In this document: positions 26,466 to 35,735 of the stretch, in pieces
Layout of the letters: each line of letters begins with the position of its first letter
Position numbering within the stretch: position 1 is the first letter of the stretch
DNA from: Clostridia bacterium
GTDB taxonomy: Bacteria > Bacillota > Clostridia > Christensenellales > Aristaeellaceae
NCBI GenBank assembly: GCA_017540445.1
Contig: JAFYBB010000271.1
Location: 1 to 48,803, forward strand
Direction of reading: 5' to 3'
DNA length: 48,803 bases
Notes under the pieces: model-generated
What the model saw: only the letters and a program-made list of their open reading frames with translations
What the model was told of the DNA's origin: nothing
Databases searched by the model: none
Position numbers and translations under genes: made by a program

Positions 26466-26954
26466 ATGAAGTGCGCCTATTGCGGATGTACGCAGAGCCG
26501 CGTTGTGGACTCGCGCCAGAACGAAGACGGCACCTCCATACGCCGGCGCCGCGAGTGCGAGCGCTGCGGCCGCCGCTTCACGACCTACGAGCGCATCGAG
26601 CTGGTCCCGCTGATGATCATCAAGAAGGATCAGACCCGCGAGGCCTTCGACGTGGAGAAGCTGCGGTCGGGGATCGTCAAGTCCTGCGAGAAGCGGCCGG
26701 TGTCCCTCGGCGAGATCGACGAACTGGTGCAGGAGATCGAGCGCAGGCTCAACAACCAGCCCGACGCGGAGATCACCAGCAAGATGGTCGGAGAGCTCGT
26801 CATGGAAGGGCTGAAGAAGCTGGACGAGGTCGCCTACGTGCGCTTCGCCTCCGTCTACCGGCAGTTCCGCGACATACAGTCGTTCCGCGACGAGCTGAAC
26901 AAGCTGCTGACCGACATCGATACGGGAAATACTGACGGGGAAGCCGTCAGATAA
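26466..26954 (+). CDS. nrdR: Transcriptional repressor NrdR
   Basis: The sequence MKCAYCG...VVDSR...[17 protein letters not shown] gives the zinc ribbon, followed by an ATP-cone. The start was moved to ATG 26466. Confidence 0.95.
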   Translation: MKCAYCGCTQSRVVDSRQNEDGTSIRRRRECERCGRRFTTYERIELVPLMIIKKDQTREAFDVEKLRSGIVKSCEKRPVSLGEIDELVQEIERRLNNQPDAEITSKMVGELVMEGLKKLDEVAYVRFASVYRQFRDIQSFRDELNKLLTDIDTGNTDGEAVR

Positions 26955-26985
26955 ACCAATACCAAGAAAGAGAGAGGATACGCAC

Positions 26986-27687
26986 ATGGCAAATGAACTG
27001 ATTCTGGCCGTTGACGACGAAGCCCATATTCTCGAATTGCTTTCATTCAACCTCGAGGCTTCCGGCTACCGGGTAGTCACTGCCGCCACAGGCGAGGATG
27101 CGCTGGTGGTATGTGCGCACGAGCGCCCCGCGATGGTGCTGCTGGACATCATGCTCCCCGGCATCGACGGCATGGAGGTGTGCCGCCGGCTCAAGAGCGC
27201 GCCCACCACGGCGGATATTCCGATCATCATGCTGACCGCCAAGGGCGACGAGGTCGACAAGATCCTCGGCCTGGAGCTCGGGGCCGACGATTATATCACA
27301 AAGCCGTTCTCCGTTCGCGAGCTGATCGCCCGCGTCAAGGCGCTGCTGCGCCGCGCCGCGCCTCAGAACGAGGAGGAGGGCATACTGCACGTGGGCGGCC
27401 TGACCATCGACGTGGGCAACTACGAGGCCTTCCGCAACGGCGAGAAGCTGTCCCTGACGCTCAAGGAGTTCGAGCTTTTGAAGCTGCTGGTGCTCAGCCG
27501 CGGCAAGGTGCTGACCCGCGATTTCCTGCTGGACCGCATCTGGGGCTATGAGTTCTACGGCGAGACCCGCACGGTGGACGTGCACATCCGCCACATCCGC
27601 CAGAAGCTCGGCGACGACGCCCACTACATCGAAACCATCCGCGGCGTCGGCTACAAGTTCAATGACCGTCAGGAGAACCGCCTATGA
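26986..27687 (+). CDS. OmpR/PhoB-family response regulator
   Basis: The receiver domain has DD...D...K (LLDIMLPGIDG, LTAKGDEVDKILGLELGADDYITKPFS). It is followed by a winged-helix domain (RTVDVHIRHIRQKL). Confidence 0.9.
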   Translation: MANELILAVDDEAHILELLSFNLEASGYRVVTAATGEDALVVCAHERPAMVLLDIMLPGIDGMEVCRRLKSAPTTADIPIIMLTAKGDEVDKILGLELGADDYITKPFSVRELIARVKALLRRAAPQNEEEGILHVGGLTIDVGNYEAFRNGEKLSLTLKEFELLKLLVLSRGKVLTRDFLLDRIWGYEFYGETRTVDVHIRHIRQKLGDDAHYIETIRGVGYKFNDRQENRL

Positions 27688-29441
27688 AATCAAGGGTTAC
27701 AATCGTTGTGACCCTGATATCGCTGGTCGTTCTCGCGCTGCTGTTCACCTATAACTGCTCAAGGATTGCCAATGAGGTCAACGAGGAGCTCATTGGCGAT
27801 CTTTCCGTGGTTTGCAAGATCACTGGCGATATCGGCCGCAACGATTCGCTGCAGGCCCGCGCCCAGATCATCGGCTCGGTGGACATGAACCCGGATACCG
27901 TCCGGGCGCTGTATGACGCCGGCGGCTCGGCTGTCTATACCTCCGACGAAGCCTATTCCCACCTGGACGCGGCGCAGCTCTGCGAAACCACGGCGGGGGA
28001 GGTCGTCGTCTGCAACCTGAACAACCCCGAGGGCAAGGCATCGATCTACGCCATCTATCGGTACGATGATGGCGCGCTTTTGTTGTTCGCGCGGCAGCGC
28101 GAGGGCATACTCAGCGTGCTCGGCCACAACCGGGCCCTGATCGCTCAGGCCGTGCTCTACGCGCTGACCATCGCGCTGGCGCTGTTCTCGCTGCTGCGCG
28201 TGATGCACCGGGAGAAGATGGTGGTGCAGGTGATGGCGGCCCTCGACCGCTTTTCCGACGGGAACTTCGACGCGCGCATCGAGAACTTTCCGGAGACCGA
28301 CCCCAAGGCCGCCGAATACAACGCCATCATCGCCAGGATACAGGATCGCATATTCAGGCAGAAGAGCCGGAACCACGTGCTGAGCACGGTGATGTCCCAG
28401 ATGCAGAACGGCATCATCGCCGTGGACCAGAAGCTGAACGTGATCTTCATCAATTCGGTGGCGAAAAAGCTGCTGGGCATCGTCGGAAACCCGGAATACA
28501 GGAATGTCAACGAGGTCTCCAAGGACGTCAAGCTCGACGACGTGTTCACCGAGGCCATGCGCCAGGGCGGCGTGTACACCAACGAGGTGGCGGCGCGGAC
28601 CGCCGTGGGCCGCGGGCACCGGCCGCTGAGGCTGTACGTGTCGCCGATGCGCCGGGAGGACGACGTGGTCGGCGCGCTGGCCATCGTCGAGGACATCACC
28701 GAGCTGCGCAGGCTGGAGCAGGTGCGCACCGACTTCGCCGCCAACGTGTCCCACGAGCTGAAGACGCCGCTGACCTCGATCCGCGGCTTCGTGGAGACGC
28801 TGCAGGCCGGCGCCATCGACCACCCGGAGATGGCCCACAAGTTCCTGAACATCATCATGATGGAGACGGAGCGCCTGACCCGCCTGATCAACGACATACT
28901 GTCCATCAGCAAGCTGGAATCCGGCAACGACGAGGTGGCCACCGAGCGCATACGCCTGGACAAGAAGGCCTGCGACGTGTGCGAGATGCTGTCCATACAC
29001 GCCAGGGAAAAGCAGGTGAGCATCAACTGCCACCTGAACGGCGAGCCGGTGTACATCATCGGCAATCCCGACCGGGTGGAGCAGCTGCTGATCAATTTGA
29101 CCGAGAACGCCATCAAGTACAATGTGCCCGGCGGCTCGGTGACGGTGCAGGTGTTTTCCAACGACAAGGAGGCCAACGTCACGATCTCCGATACCGGCAT
29201 CGGCATCGCCGAGGAGAACCTGCCCCGGCTGTTCGAGCGCTTCTACCGCGTGGACAAGGGCCGCTCCCGCCAGATGGGCGGCACCGGGCTGGGCCTGGCC
29301 ATCGTCAAGCACATCGTGCGCTCGATGAACGGCGAGATCGAGGTCCACTCCAAGCTGGGGGAGGGGACGGAGTTTTTGATCACGCTGCCCCTGGCGCCCC
29401 GGGAGAATCCCGACAAGGAGACCATCTTCGACGAAATGTAG
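27684..29441 (+). CDS. Sensor histidine kinase (PhoR/WalK-like: TM, extracytoplasmic domain, HAMP, PAS, HisKA, HATPase)
   Basis: The H-box is FAANVSHELKTPLTSIRGF, the N-box is LINLTENAIKYN and the G-boxes are DTGIGI...GGTGLGLAIVKH. An ATGA overlap joins it to the regulator gene. Confidence 0.85.
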   Translation: MKSRVTIVVTLISLVVLALLFTYNCSRIANEVNEELIGDLSVVCKITGDIGRNDSLQARAQIIGSVDMNPDTVRALYDAGGSAVYTSDEAYSHLDAAQLCETTAGEVVVCNLNNPEGKASIYAIYRYDDGALLLFARQREGILSVLGHNRALIAQAVLYALTIALALFSLLRVMHREKMVVQVMAALDRFSDGNFDARIENFPETDPKAAEYNAIIARIQDRIFRQKSRNHVLSTVMSQMQNGIIAVDQKLNVIFINSVAKKLLGIVGNPEYRNVNEVSKDVKLDDVFTEAMRQGGVYTNEVAARTAVGRGHRPLRLYVSPMRREDDVVGALAIVEDITELRRLEQVRTDFAANVSHELKTPLTSIRGFVETLQAGAIDHPEMAHKFLNIIMMETERLTRLINDILSISKLESGNDEVATERIRLDKKACDVCEMLSIHAREKQVSINCHLNGEPVYIIGNPDRVEQLLINLTENAIKYNVPGGSVTVQVFSNDKEANVTISDTGIGIAEENLPRLFERFYRVDKGRSRQMGGTGLGLAIVKHIVRSMNGEIEVHSKLGEGTEFLITLPLAPRENPDKETIFDEM

Positions 29442-29452
29442 AGGTTCACTCA

Positions 29453-30250
29453 ATGGCATCCAAGAAATCATCAACGCTGTCGTGGCTGTTCGCGCCGAAG
29501 GACGTCGGCCTGAACAAGGACACCAACCTCCTCAAGCTCGTATCCATGGTCTCCATGCTCGTCGACCACACCGGCAAGATGTTCTTTCCCCGGTATCAGA
29601 TCATGCGCATCATCGGGCGCATGGCCTTCCCGATCTACGCCTATTGCCTCGCCGTGGGCTGCGTCTATTCCAGGGACCGGTTCAAATACCTGACCCGCAT
29701 CGTGCTGGTGGGCCTGATCTCCCAGCCCTTCTACGCGGTGGCGCTGGCCCACACCAACCAGAGCATGTACGCCATACGCTTCGCGGACAATCCCCTCGGC
29801 GCGGTGTTCAACTTCTACATCCAGAGCTGGTCGGTGCCCAACATCATGTACACGCTGGCGCTGGGGCTGCTGGTGATCTGGTCGATACGGGACCGCCAGT
29901 TCGTATGCACCGTCGCGCTGGCGCTGATCATCTGGAAGGTCCAGAACAGCATCAACTACGGCTGGCAGGGCATCGCGCTGATCACGCTGTTCTACCTGTT
30001 CATCGCGCGGTGGTGGCTGTCGCTGCCGGTGATGCTGGCCTACATGATCTGGTGGGGCATGTCGGGGGCCGGATACCGGGTGTTTGGGATCAGCTTCGGC
30101 ATACAGATGTTCGCGCTGCTGGCCCTGCCGCTGATCTACATACCGACCTGGTCCAAGGTGAAGATCAACAAGTGGGTGTTCTACCTGTACTATCCGGCGC
30201 ACCTGATCGGCATCATGCTGATCCAGTTTGCCCTGGCCATGGGGCGGTGA
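29453..30250 (+). CDS. TraX-family membrane protein
   Basis: The start is at MASKKSS, with GAGGT upstream. The pattern LKLVSMVSMLVDHTG...IGRMAFPIYAYCLAVG is typical of TraX. The protein is polytopic. Confidence 0.8.
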   Translation: MASKKSSTLSWLFAPKDVGLNKDTNLLKLVSMVSMLVDHTGKMFFPRYQIMRIIGRMAFPIYAYCLAVGCVYSRDRFKYLTRIVLVGLISQPFYAVALAHTNQSMYAIRFADNPLGAVFNFYIQSWSVPNIMYTLALGLLVIWSIRDRQFVCTVALALIIWKVQNSINYGWQGIALITLFYLFIARWWLSLPVMLAYMIWWGMSGAGYRVFGISFGIQMFALLALPLIYIPTWSKVKINKWVFYLYYPAHLIGIMLIQFALAMGR

Positions 30251-30277
30251 CGTTTTTGTTAAACAGATCGAAACGCC

Positions 30278-30306
30278 TTGACACAACCCTGATAAAGTGG
30301 TAAACT
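30278..30306 (+). promoter_or_regulatory. Sigma-A promoter of the T-box leader
   Basis: TTGACA-17 nt-TAAACT. Confidence 0.65.
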
Positions 30307-30590
30307 GTTCCCCAACAAAGGCAATGACCGGAAACGAGTAGCCTGGCGGTTGCGCATTCAGAGAGCTGCCGGAGGGTGCAAGGCATGCTGCCGCGTCCAG
30401 GCGAATTACATTCCGATAGCCGCGCGCTGAAAGGAAACGAGTAGGCGGCGACGGGTTCGCCCGTTACAGCGATAGGGTATGGGCCCACTGCCCGCACCCG
30501 ACGAGGGCGTTCTTTGCGAGAAGGCGCCGAATAGAGGTGGTACCGCGGATCGCATCCGCCCTCTGCAGCAATGCGGAGGGCGGTTTTTTC
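30307..30590 (+). promoter_or_regulatory. T-box riboswitch leader with intrinsic terminator; specifier most likely UAC (Tyr)
   Basis: Elements found:
- stem I GA/K-turn (ACGAGTAG) and AG bay AGAGAG (30360-30365);
- distal loop GGTGCAA;
- specifier loop 3' side CGAAU-UAC-A (UAC at 30407-30409) closed by CGGAA/TTCCG;
- a second GAGTAG turn and F-box CCGTTA (30461-30466);
- T-box AGAGGTGGTACCGCGG (30533-30548);
- terminator CCGCCCTC...GAGGGCGG followed by TTTTTT (30556-30589). Confidence 0.85.
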
Positions 30591-30627
30591 GTCCCCCGCG
30601 GCACCAATTACGAAGGGGGAAATCGAC

Positions 30628-32184
30628 ATGTTCATCAAGATCCTCATGCTGGTGGTTTTTTTCGGCATCATGATCGGCGTCGGCTTCTACAGCCGCAAGC
30701 ACGCCACCGACGTCAACGGCTTCGTGCTGGGCGGCCGTTCCGTGGGCCCGTGGCTCACGGCCTTCGCCTACGGCACCTCCTACTTCTCCGCCGTCATATT
30801 CGTGGGCTACGCCGGCCAGTTCGGCTGGCGCTTCGGCCTGGCCTCCACCTGGATCGGCCTGGGCAACGCCTTCATCGGCTCGCTGATGGCCTGGGTGATC
30901 CTCGGACGCCGCACCCGCATCATGACCCAGCAGCTCAACAGCGCCACGATGCCGGAGTTCCTCGGCAAGCGCTATGACAGCAAGGCCCTGAAGATCGGCG
31001 CTTCGGCCATCATATTCATATTCCTGATTCCCTACACCGCGTCGCTGTACAACGGCCTGTCCCGCCTGTTCGGCATGGCCTTCAACATCGACTACACCGT
31101 GTGCATCATCATGATGGCGGTGCTGACGGGCGTCTACGTGATCGCCGGCGGCTACATGGCCACGGCCATCAACGACTTCATACAGGGCATCATCATGATC
31201 GTGGGCATCGTCGCCGTCATCGCCGCGGTGCTGAAGGTCAACGGCGGCTTCATGACCGCCTACAAGGGCCTGGCGGACATTCCCAGCGAGGGCATGAACG
31301 GTGCGTTCGCCTCATTCCTGGGGCCCGATCCGTTCAACCTGTTCGCCGTCGTGATCCTGACGTCCCTGGGCACCTGGGGCCTTCCGCAGATGGTGCAGAA
31401 GTTCTACGCCATCAAGTCCGAGAACGCCATCTCCAAGGGCACGATCATCTCCACGCTGTTCGCGGTGATCGTGGCGGGCGGCTGCTACTTCCTGGGCGGC
31501 TTCGGCCGGCTGTTCTCCTCGGTGATCGACCCCGCCGGCACCGGCGTTCCCGCGGGCGGCTACGATTCCGTGGTGCCCACGATGCTGGAGGGCCTGTCGC
31601 CGCTTCTGATCGGCGTGATCGTGATACTGGTGCTCTCCGCGTCGATGTCCACGCTGTCCTCGCTGGTGCTGGCCTCCAGCTCCACGCTGACGCTGGACTT
31701 TTTGAAGGGCAACGTCATCAAGAAGATGGACGACAAGAAGCAGGTGTTCATCATGCGCGTGCTGATCGTCGTGTTCATACTGATCTCGGTGATCATCGCC
31801 ATCATCCAGTACAGCACCAAGGTGAACTTCATCGCGCAGCTGATGGGCATCTCCTGGGGCGCGCTGGCCGGCGCGTTCCTGGCGCCGTTCATGTACGGCC
31901 TGTACATGAAGAAGGCCACCTGCGCCTCCGCCTGGTGCAGCATGATCTTCGGCGCGGGCATCATGGTGGTGAACATGTTCTTCAAGAGCGCCTTCCCGGC
32001 CTGGCTGCAGTCCCCGATCAACTGCGGCGCGTTCGCGATGCTGGCGGGCCTGGTGATCGTGCCGGTGGTCAGCCTCGTCACGCCGAAGCCCGACAGGAAG
32101 CTGGTGGACTTCGCCTTCGCCGCCTACGAGCGCAAGGTGGTCGTGACGGTCCGTGACTCGCTGGGCGACACGGAGAACAACTGA
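30628..32184 (+). CDS. Sodium:solute symporter family (SSF; PutP/PanF-like) transporter
   Basis: The start was moved to MFIKIL, with GAAGGGGGA upstream. It has the FVLGGRSVGPWLTAFAYGTSYFSAVIFVGYAG signature and about 13 TM segments. Confidence 0.85.
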   Translation: MFIKILMLVVFFGIMIGVGFYSRKHATDVNGFVLGGRSVGPWLTAFAYGTSYFSAVIFVGYAGQFGWRFGLASTWIGLGNAFIGSLMAWVILGRRTRIMTQQLNSATMPEFLGKRYDSKALKIGASAIIFIFLIPYTASLYNGLSRLFGMAFNIDYTVCIIMMAVLTGVYVIAGGYMATAINDFIQGIIMIVGIVAVIAAVLKVNGGFMTAYKGLADIPSEGMNGAFASFLGPDPFNLFAVVILTSLGTWGLPQMVQKFYAIKSENAISKGTIISTLFAVIVAGGCYFLGGFGRLFSSVIDPAGTGVPAGGYDSVVPTMLEGLSPLLIGVIVILVLSASMSTLSSLVLASSSTLTLDFLKGNVIKKMDDKKQVFIMRVLIVVFILISVIIAIIQYSTKVNFIAQLMGISWGALAGAFLAPFMYGLYMKKATCASAWCSMIFGAGIMVVNMFFKSAFPAWLQSPINCGAFAMLAGLVIVPVVSLVTPKPDRKLVDFAFAAYERKVVVTVRDSLGDTENN

Positions 32185-32208
32185 TTGTAAATGTACTGTT
32201 AAAACAGG

Positions 32209-32236
32209 ACGGGCGGCGATTACCATCGCCGCCCGT
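32209..32236 (+). terminator. GC-rich hairpin after the symporter gene
   Basis: ACGGGCGGCGAT-tacc-ATCGCCGCCCGT. There is no clear T-tract. A TATAAT at 32241-32246 may serve thyX. Confidence 0.5.
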
Positions 32237-32283
32237 GTGATATAATAAATACAGGTATCAGCTTTTATACAGGAGAGATTGTC

Positions 32284-33582
32284 ATGAACAACAGCAGAGC
32301 CGTCATCGTCGTAGAAAACCGGGAGGCGCTGCGCGTGGCGGCGGCCTCGGCGCGCATCTCCACCCAGCAGGGCACGGCCCTTGAGATCATGGACAGGAGC
32401 CTGGGGGATGAAAAGGACCTGAAGCTGCTCAACAAGGTGCTGTCCTCGGGCCACAAGTCGATCATAGAGCACCAGACCTTCTCTATCGCCTTCAACGACG
32501 TGTCCGTGCTGGCGGAGCAGTTCATCATCGAGGCGCGGCTGGCCTCCTACACGGTCAAATCCCGCCGCTATGTGGACTTCAGCGGCGCGGGCTACGTGGT
32601 CCCGGAGGGCCTGAGCGACGCTCAGAAGGGCGTCTATGACGCGGCGATGGGCGCGCGGTTTGAAGATTATCAGAAGCTGCTGGCGCTGGTCCCCAAGGAG
32701 GACGCCCGCTTCGTGCTGCCCTACTGCCTGAGGAGCAACTTCTTCATGACCGTCAACGCCCGGGAGCTGATCGCGCTGATCATCGCCATGCTGGTCGGTC
32801 GCGGCAAGGGCTATCCGGAGATCGAAGCGCTCGGCGCGCAGCTGAAGGAGCAGTTCGACGCCCTCTATCCCGGCGTGATCGACGCGGAGCTTACGCGCGC
32901 CCGCGCCTGCGCGCCGTCGCCGCTATCTACAGAGATCAGCGACCCCAGAGAAGCGATGGGGGACGCGGAGCTGCTGTCGGCCCCGGAGGACGCCCTGGCC
33001 CTGCTGAACGCGGCCCTGGATTTTTCCGGAAGGTATCCGGAGAATGCGGTTCGAAGCCTGCTGCTGGACGCGCGGCCGAGAGAGCTGGAGATGCTGCATT
33101 ACGTGTTCCGCGTGAAGCACATCTCGCTGGCCTGCCTGACCCACTTTGCGCGGCACCGCATACAGTCCTCGGTGATCCCGCCGGTGCTGACCGCGCTGGC
33201 CGGCGGGCGCTATGTCGTTCCGCAGACGGTCCGCGAGCACCCGGAGGCCCTGGCCATCTACAGGCATGCCTTCGAGGATCAAGCCCAGGCCGCGAAGCGG
33301 GCCGTTGACGGCCACATCCAGCCGGAAAACCTCAGCTACTTCTCCATGAGCGGGCACCAGCTGGACATACTGCTCGCCATGAACGCCCGGGAGCTGATGC
33401 ACTTCATGAAGCTGCGCACCTGTTCCCGCGCCCAGTGGGAGATCCAGGGCGTCGCCGGCAGGATGCTCGAAGAACTGGCGAAGCGGACGCCCGAAATCTT
33501 CGGCCTGTACGGGCCGAGCTGCCGCTTCGGCCCCTGCCCGGAGGGCCGGATGAGCTGCGGAAACCCACGGGAGAGAATCTGA
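32284..33582 (+). CDS. thyX: FAD-dependent thymidylate synthase ThyX, tandem two-domain form
   Basis: The N-terminal copy reads SGHKSIIEHQTF...IIEARLASYTVKSRRY, so RHR is degenerate and SxRY is kept. The C-terminal copy reads FARHRIQS...NARELMHFMKLRTCSRAQWEIQ, with RHR and AQWEI kept. Confidence 0.8.
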   Translation: MNNSRAVIVVENREALRVAAASARISTQQGTALEIMDRSLGDEKDLKLLNKVLSSGHKSIIEHQTFSIAFNDVSVLAEQFIIEARLASYTVKSRRYVDFSGAGYVVPEGLSDAQKGVYDAAMGARFEDYQKLLALVPKEDARFVLPYCLRSNFFMTVNARELIALIIAMLVGRGKGYPEIEALGAQLKEQFDALYPGVIDAELTRARACAPSPLSTEISDPREAMGDAELLSAPEDALALLNAALDFSGRYPENAVRSLLLDARPRELEMLHYVFRVKHISLACLTHFARHRIQSSVIPPVLTALAGGRYVVPQTVREHPEALAIYRHAFEDQAQAAKRAVDGHIQPENLSYFSMSGHQLDILLAMNARELMHFMKLRTCSRAQWEIQGVAGRMLEELAKRTPEIFGLYGPSCRFGPCPEGRMSCGNPRERI

Positions 33583-33622
33583 TAGAAACTGTCTCAAAAC
33601 GCGCTTGGAGCGTGAAACACCC

Positions 33623-33700
33623 GTAGGGGCGGCCAATGGCCGCCCGCCCGAGTATGAAACGCATCGTACTACACGGCGGGCGGCGCATCGCCGCCCCTAC
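33623..33700. repeat. Inverted pair of GTAG-headed GC-rich palindromes (REP-like) in the convergent thyX/recX gap; probable bidirectional terminators
   Basis: GTAGGGGCGGCCaatGGCCGCCCGCCC lies at 33623-33649. The reverse complement of 33674-33700 reads GTAGGGGCGGCGatgCGCCGCCCGCCG. Confidence 0.5.
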
Positions 33701-33732
33701 ATCATGTACACGCTTGCAAACGCACGCACGCA

Positions 33733-34344
33733 TCAGTCAAACAGCCCGTCCAGCGCGCTCTCGATGGCGTCCCAGCCAAAGCCCCGGCGCGCCAGGGCCT
33801 GGGAGAGCTTCGCCCGGGCCTCGCGCACTGGCAGGGCCTCGTAGCGGTGCAACAGCTTCTGCGCGGCCTGCAGCGCAGCGGTGCGCTGCTGGTCGTCGTC
33901 GAAGGCGGCGAGGGCCTCCTCGGCGTCCTCGTCGGAGATGCCCTTGGCCCGCAGCCTGCGTTTGAAGGCGTACATGCCCACGGGCTTTGCCGACTGGGTC
34001 TCGGCCATGCGCTGGGCGTATCGGGCGTCGTCCAGCAGCCGTTTCTCCGTCAGCCGCGCGATCACCGCCTCCACGGCCGCATCCACATACCCCCTGCGGC
34101 GCAGCGACTCGGACAGCTGGCGCGCGGAGCGGTCGCAGCGCTCGAGGCTTGTCAGCGCGGCCTCATAGGCGTCGTCCAGCTGCAGGGAAGCCACCCGCGC
34201 CGTGTACTGATCGACGTGAATCTCGTCCCCCGGCTTCAGCGGGCATTTGTTGAAGTGCTCCCGGCGTATGCGTGCCAGCGTCACCCCGTCCGCGACGATA
34301 TCCACCAGCGCCTGGCGGTGCCGTATCTCCGTTACGATGGGCAT
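33733..34344 (-). CDS. recX: Recombination regulator RecX
   Basis: Three-helix repeats with the pattern LRRRGYVDAAVEAVIARLTEKRLLDDARYA...LRAKGISDEDAEEAL. Confidence 0.85.
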   Translation of the reverse strand: MPIVTEIRHRQALVDIVADGVTLARIRREHFNKCPLKPGDEIHVDQYTARVASLQLDDAYEAALTSLERCDRSARQLSESLRRRGYVDAAVEAVIARLTEKRLLDDARYAQRMAETQSAKPVGMYAFKRRLRAKGISDEDAEEALAAFDDDQQRTAALQAAQKLLHRYEALPVREARAKLSQALARRGFGWDAIESALDGLFD

Positions 34345-34392
34345 TTTTCCGTTTCCTCCCCGTTGATCTGATCAAAATATACAAGGTTTGTC

Positions 34393-34422
34393 TTGACGCG
34401 TCTATCCTGTTTGTGTTATGAT
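34393..34422 (+). promoter_or_regulatory. Candidate sigma-A promoter (extended -10) for yebC
   Basis: TTGACG-18 nt-(TGt)TATGAT. Confidence 0.55.
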
Positions 34423-34453
34423 ATATCCATAAGTGTACCGGGAGGGATTGTCC

Positions 34454-35206
34454 ATGTCAGGACACAATAAATGGTCTACCATCAAGAATAAAAAAGCCAA
34501 GACGGACGCCGCGAAGGGCAAGATATTCACCAAGATCGGCCGCGAGATCGTCATCGCCGTCAAGACGGGCGGCAGCGCCGACCCCAACCTGAACAGCAAG
34601 CTGAAGGACGTCATCGCCAAGGCGAAGGCCGCCAACATGCCCAACGACAACATCCAGCGCTCCATCAAGAAGGCGGCGGGCGAGGGTGAGTCCACCAACT
34701 ACAAGGAGGTCACCTACGAGGGCTACGCGCCCTGCGGCGTGGCCGTCATCGTGGAGGTCGTCACCGACAACCTGAACCGCACCGCCAGCGAGATTCGCCA
34801 CATATTCGACAAGTGCGGCGGCTCCCTGGGCGCTTCCGGCTGCGTGGCCTGGAAGTTTGAGCGCAAGGGCGTCATTGAAATCGACAACTCCAAGGGCATG
34901 GACGAGGACGAGCTGATGATGCTGGCGCTGGACGCCGGCGCGGCGGACGTGGAGATGGGCGAGGACGAGGCCATCATCTACACCGACCCGTCCGATTTCT
35001 CCACCGTTCGCGACAACCTGGAGGCGGCGGGCTGCACGTTCCTCTCCGCGGAGCGCGCGATGGTGCCCACCACCACCACCGAGCTGCCCGACGAGGAGTC
35101 GGTCCAGAAGGTCACAAAGCTCCTGGACTGGCTGGAGGACTACGACGACGTGCAGGACGTCTATCACGACGCCGAGCTTCCCGAGGATGACGAGGAAGAC
35201 GAATAA
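34454..35206 (+). CDS. yebC: YebC/PmpR-family (TACO1) transcriptional/translational regulator
   Basis: It begins MSGHNKWSTIKNKKAKTDAAKGKIFTK... The start was moved to ATG 34454, after GGGAGGG. Confidence 0.95.
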   Translation: MSGHNKWSTIKNKKAKTDAAKGKIFTKIGREIVIAVKTGGSADPNLNSKLKDVIAKAKAANMPNDNIQRSIKKAAGEGESTNYKEVTYEGYAPCGVAVIVEVVTDNLNRTASEIRHIFDKCGGSLGASGCVAWKFERKGVIEIDNSKGMDEDELMMLALDAGAADVEMGEDEAIIYTDPSDFSTVRDNLEAAGCTFLSAERAMVPTTTTELPDEESVQKVTKLLDWLEDYDDVQDVYHDAELPEDDEEDE

Positions 35207-35224
35207 CCCCTTGCAAGCCCATAC

Positions 35225-35254
35225 AAAAAACACCGCGTTCGCCGCGGTGTTTTT
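35225..35254. terminator. Bidirectional rho-independent terminator
   Basis: AAAAAACACCGCG-ttcgc-CGCGGTGTTTTT. Confidence 0.8.
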
Positions 35255-35267
35255 GCTTGGGCTTTGT

Positions 35268-35735
35268 TCAGTCGGCGATCAGCGTGGGCGTGCCGCCGAC
35301 GTACTCCACGTTCCACAGCACGCGGTCGCTGTCGGTATAGGCGGCCTCGATCTGCGCCCAGGTGGCGTAGCGGTAGCCGTTGAAGTTGACGCCGTCCTCG
35401 CTGGAGAGCGCGAGCACCTCCACGTCGCCCGTCTCCGGCGCCTGTATCGGCACGGCGATCACCCACACGGTGCCCGTCCAGAAGCCCACGGAGTATTCGC
35501 TCTGGACGTCTTCGAGGTTCGAGTAGTTGGCCGAAAAGCTCTCCCACTCCGAAGCGCCGGGCGCCACGTCGGAAAACGGCAGCACCGTCACGATGCGCTC
35601 GTATTCGCCGGAGGCCAGGTAGACCACCGCCTGCTTCGCGCTGACGAACAGATCGTCCGACAGGCGCGGCACCTCCGCCAGCGCCATGGCGCCGATCAGC
35701 AGGCAGATCAGGGCTATGCACAGACTTCTCTTCAT
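35268..35735 (-). CDS. Small secreted protein of unknown function
   Basis: The start is at MKRSLCIALICLLIGAMALA, which is a signal peptide. No motif was recognised. Confidence 0.5.
   Translation of the reverse strand: MKRSLCIALICLLIGAMALAEVPRLSDDLFVSAKQAVVYLASGEYERIVTVLPFSDVAPGASEWESFSANYSNLEDVQSEYSVGFWTGTVWVIAVPIQAPETGDVEVLALSSEDGVNFNGYRYATWAQIEAAYTDSDRVLWNVEYVGGTPTLIAD

Noticed and set aside
27759-29474. 571-aa minus-strand ORF
   Set aside because: It is antisense to the PhoR/WalK-like kinase, which has unambiguous H, N and G boxes. It is a shadow ORF.
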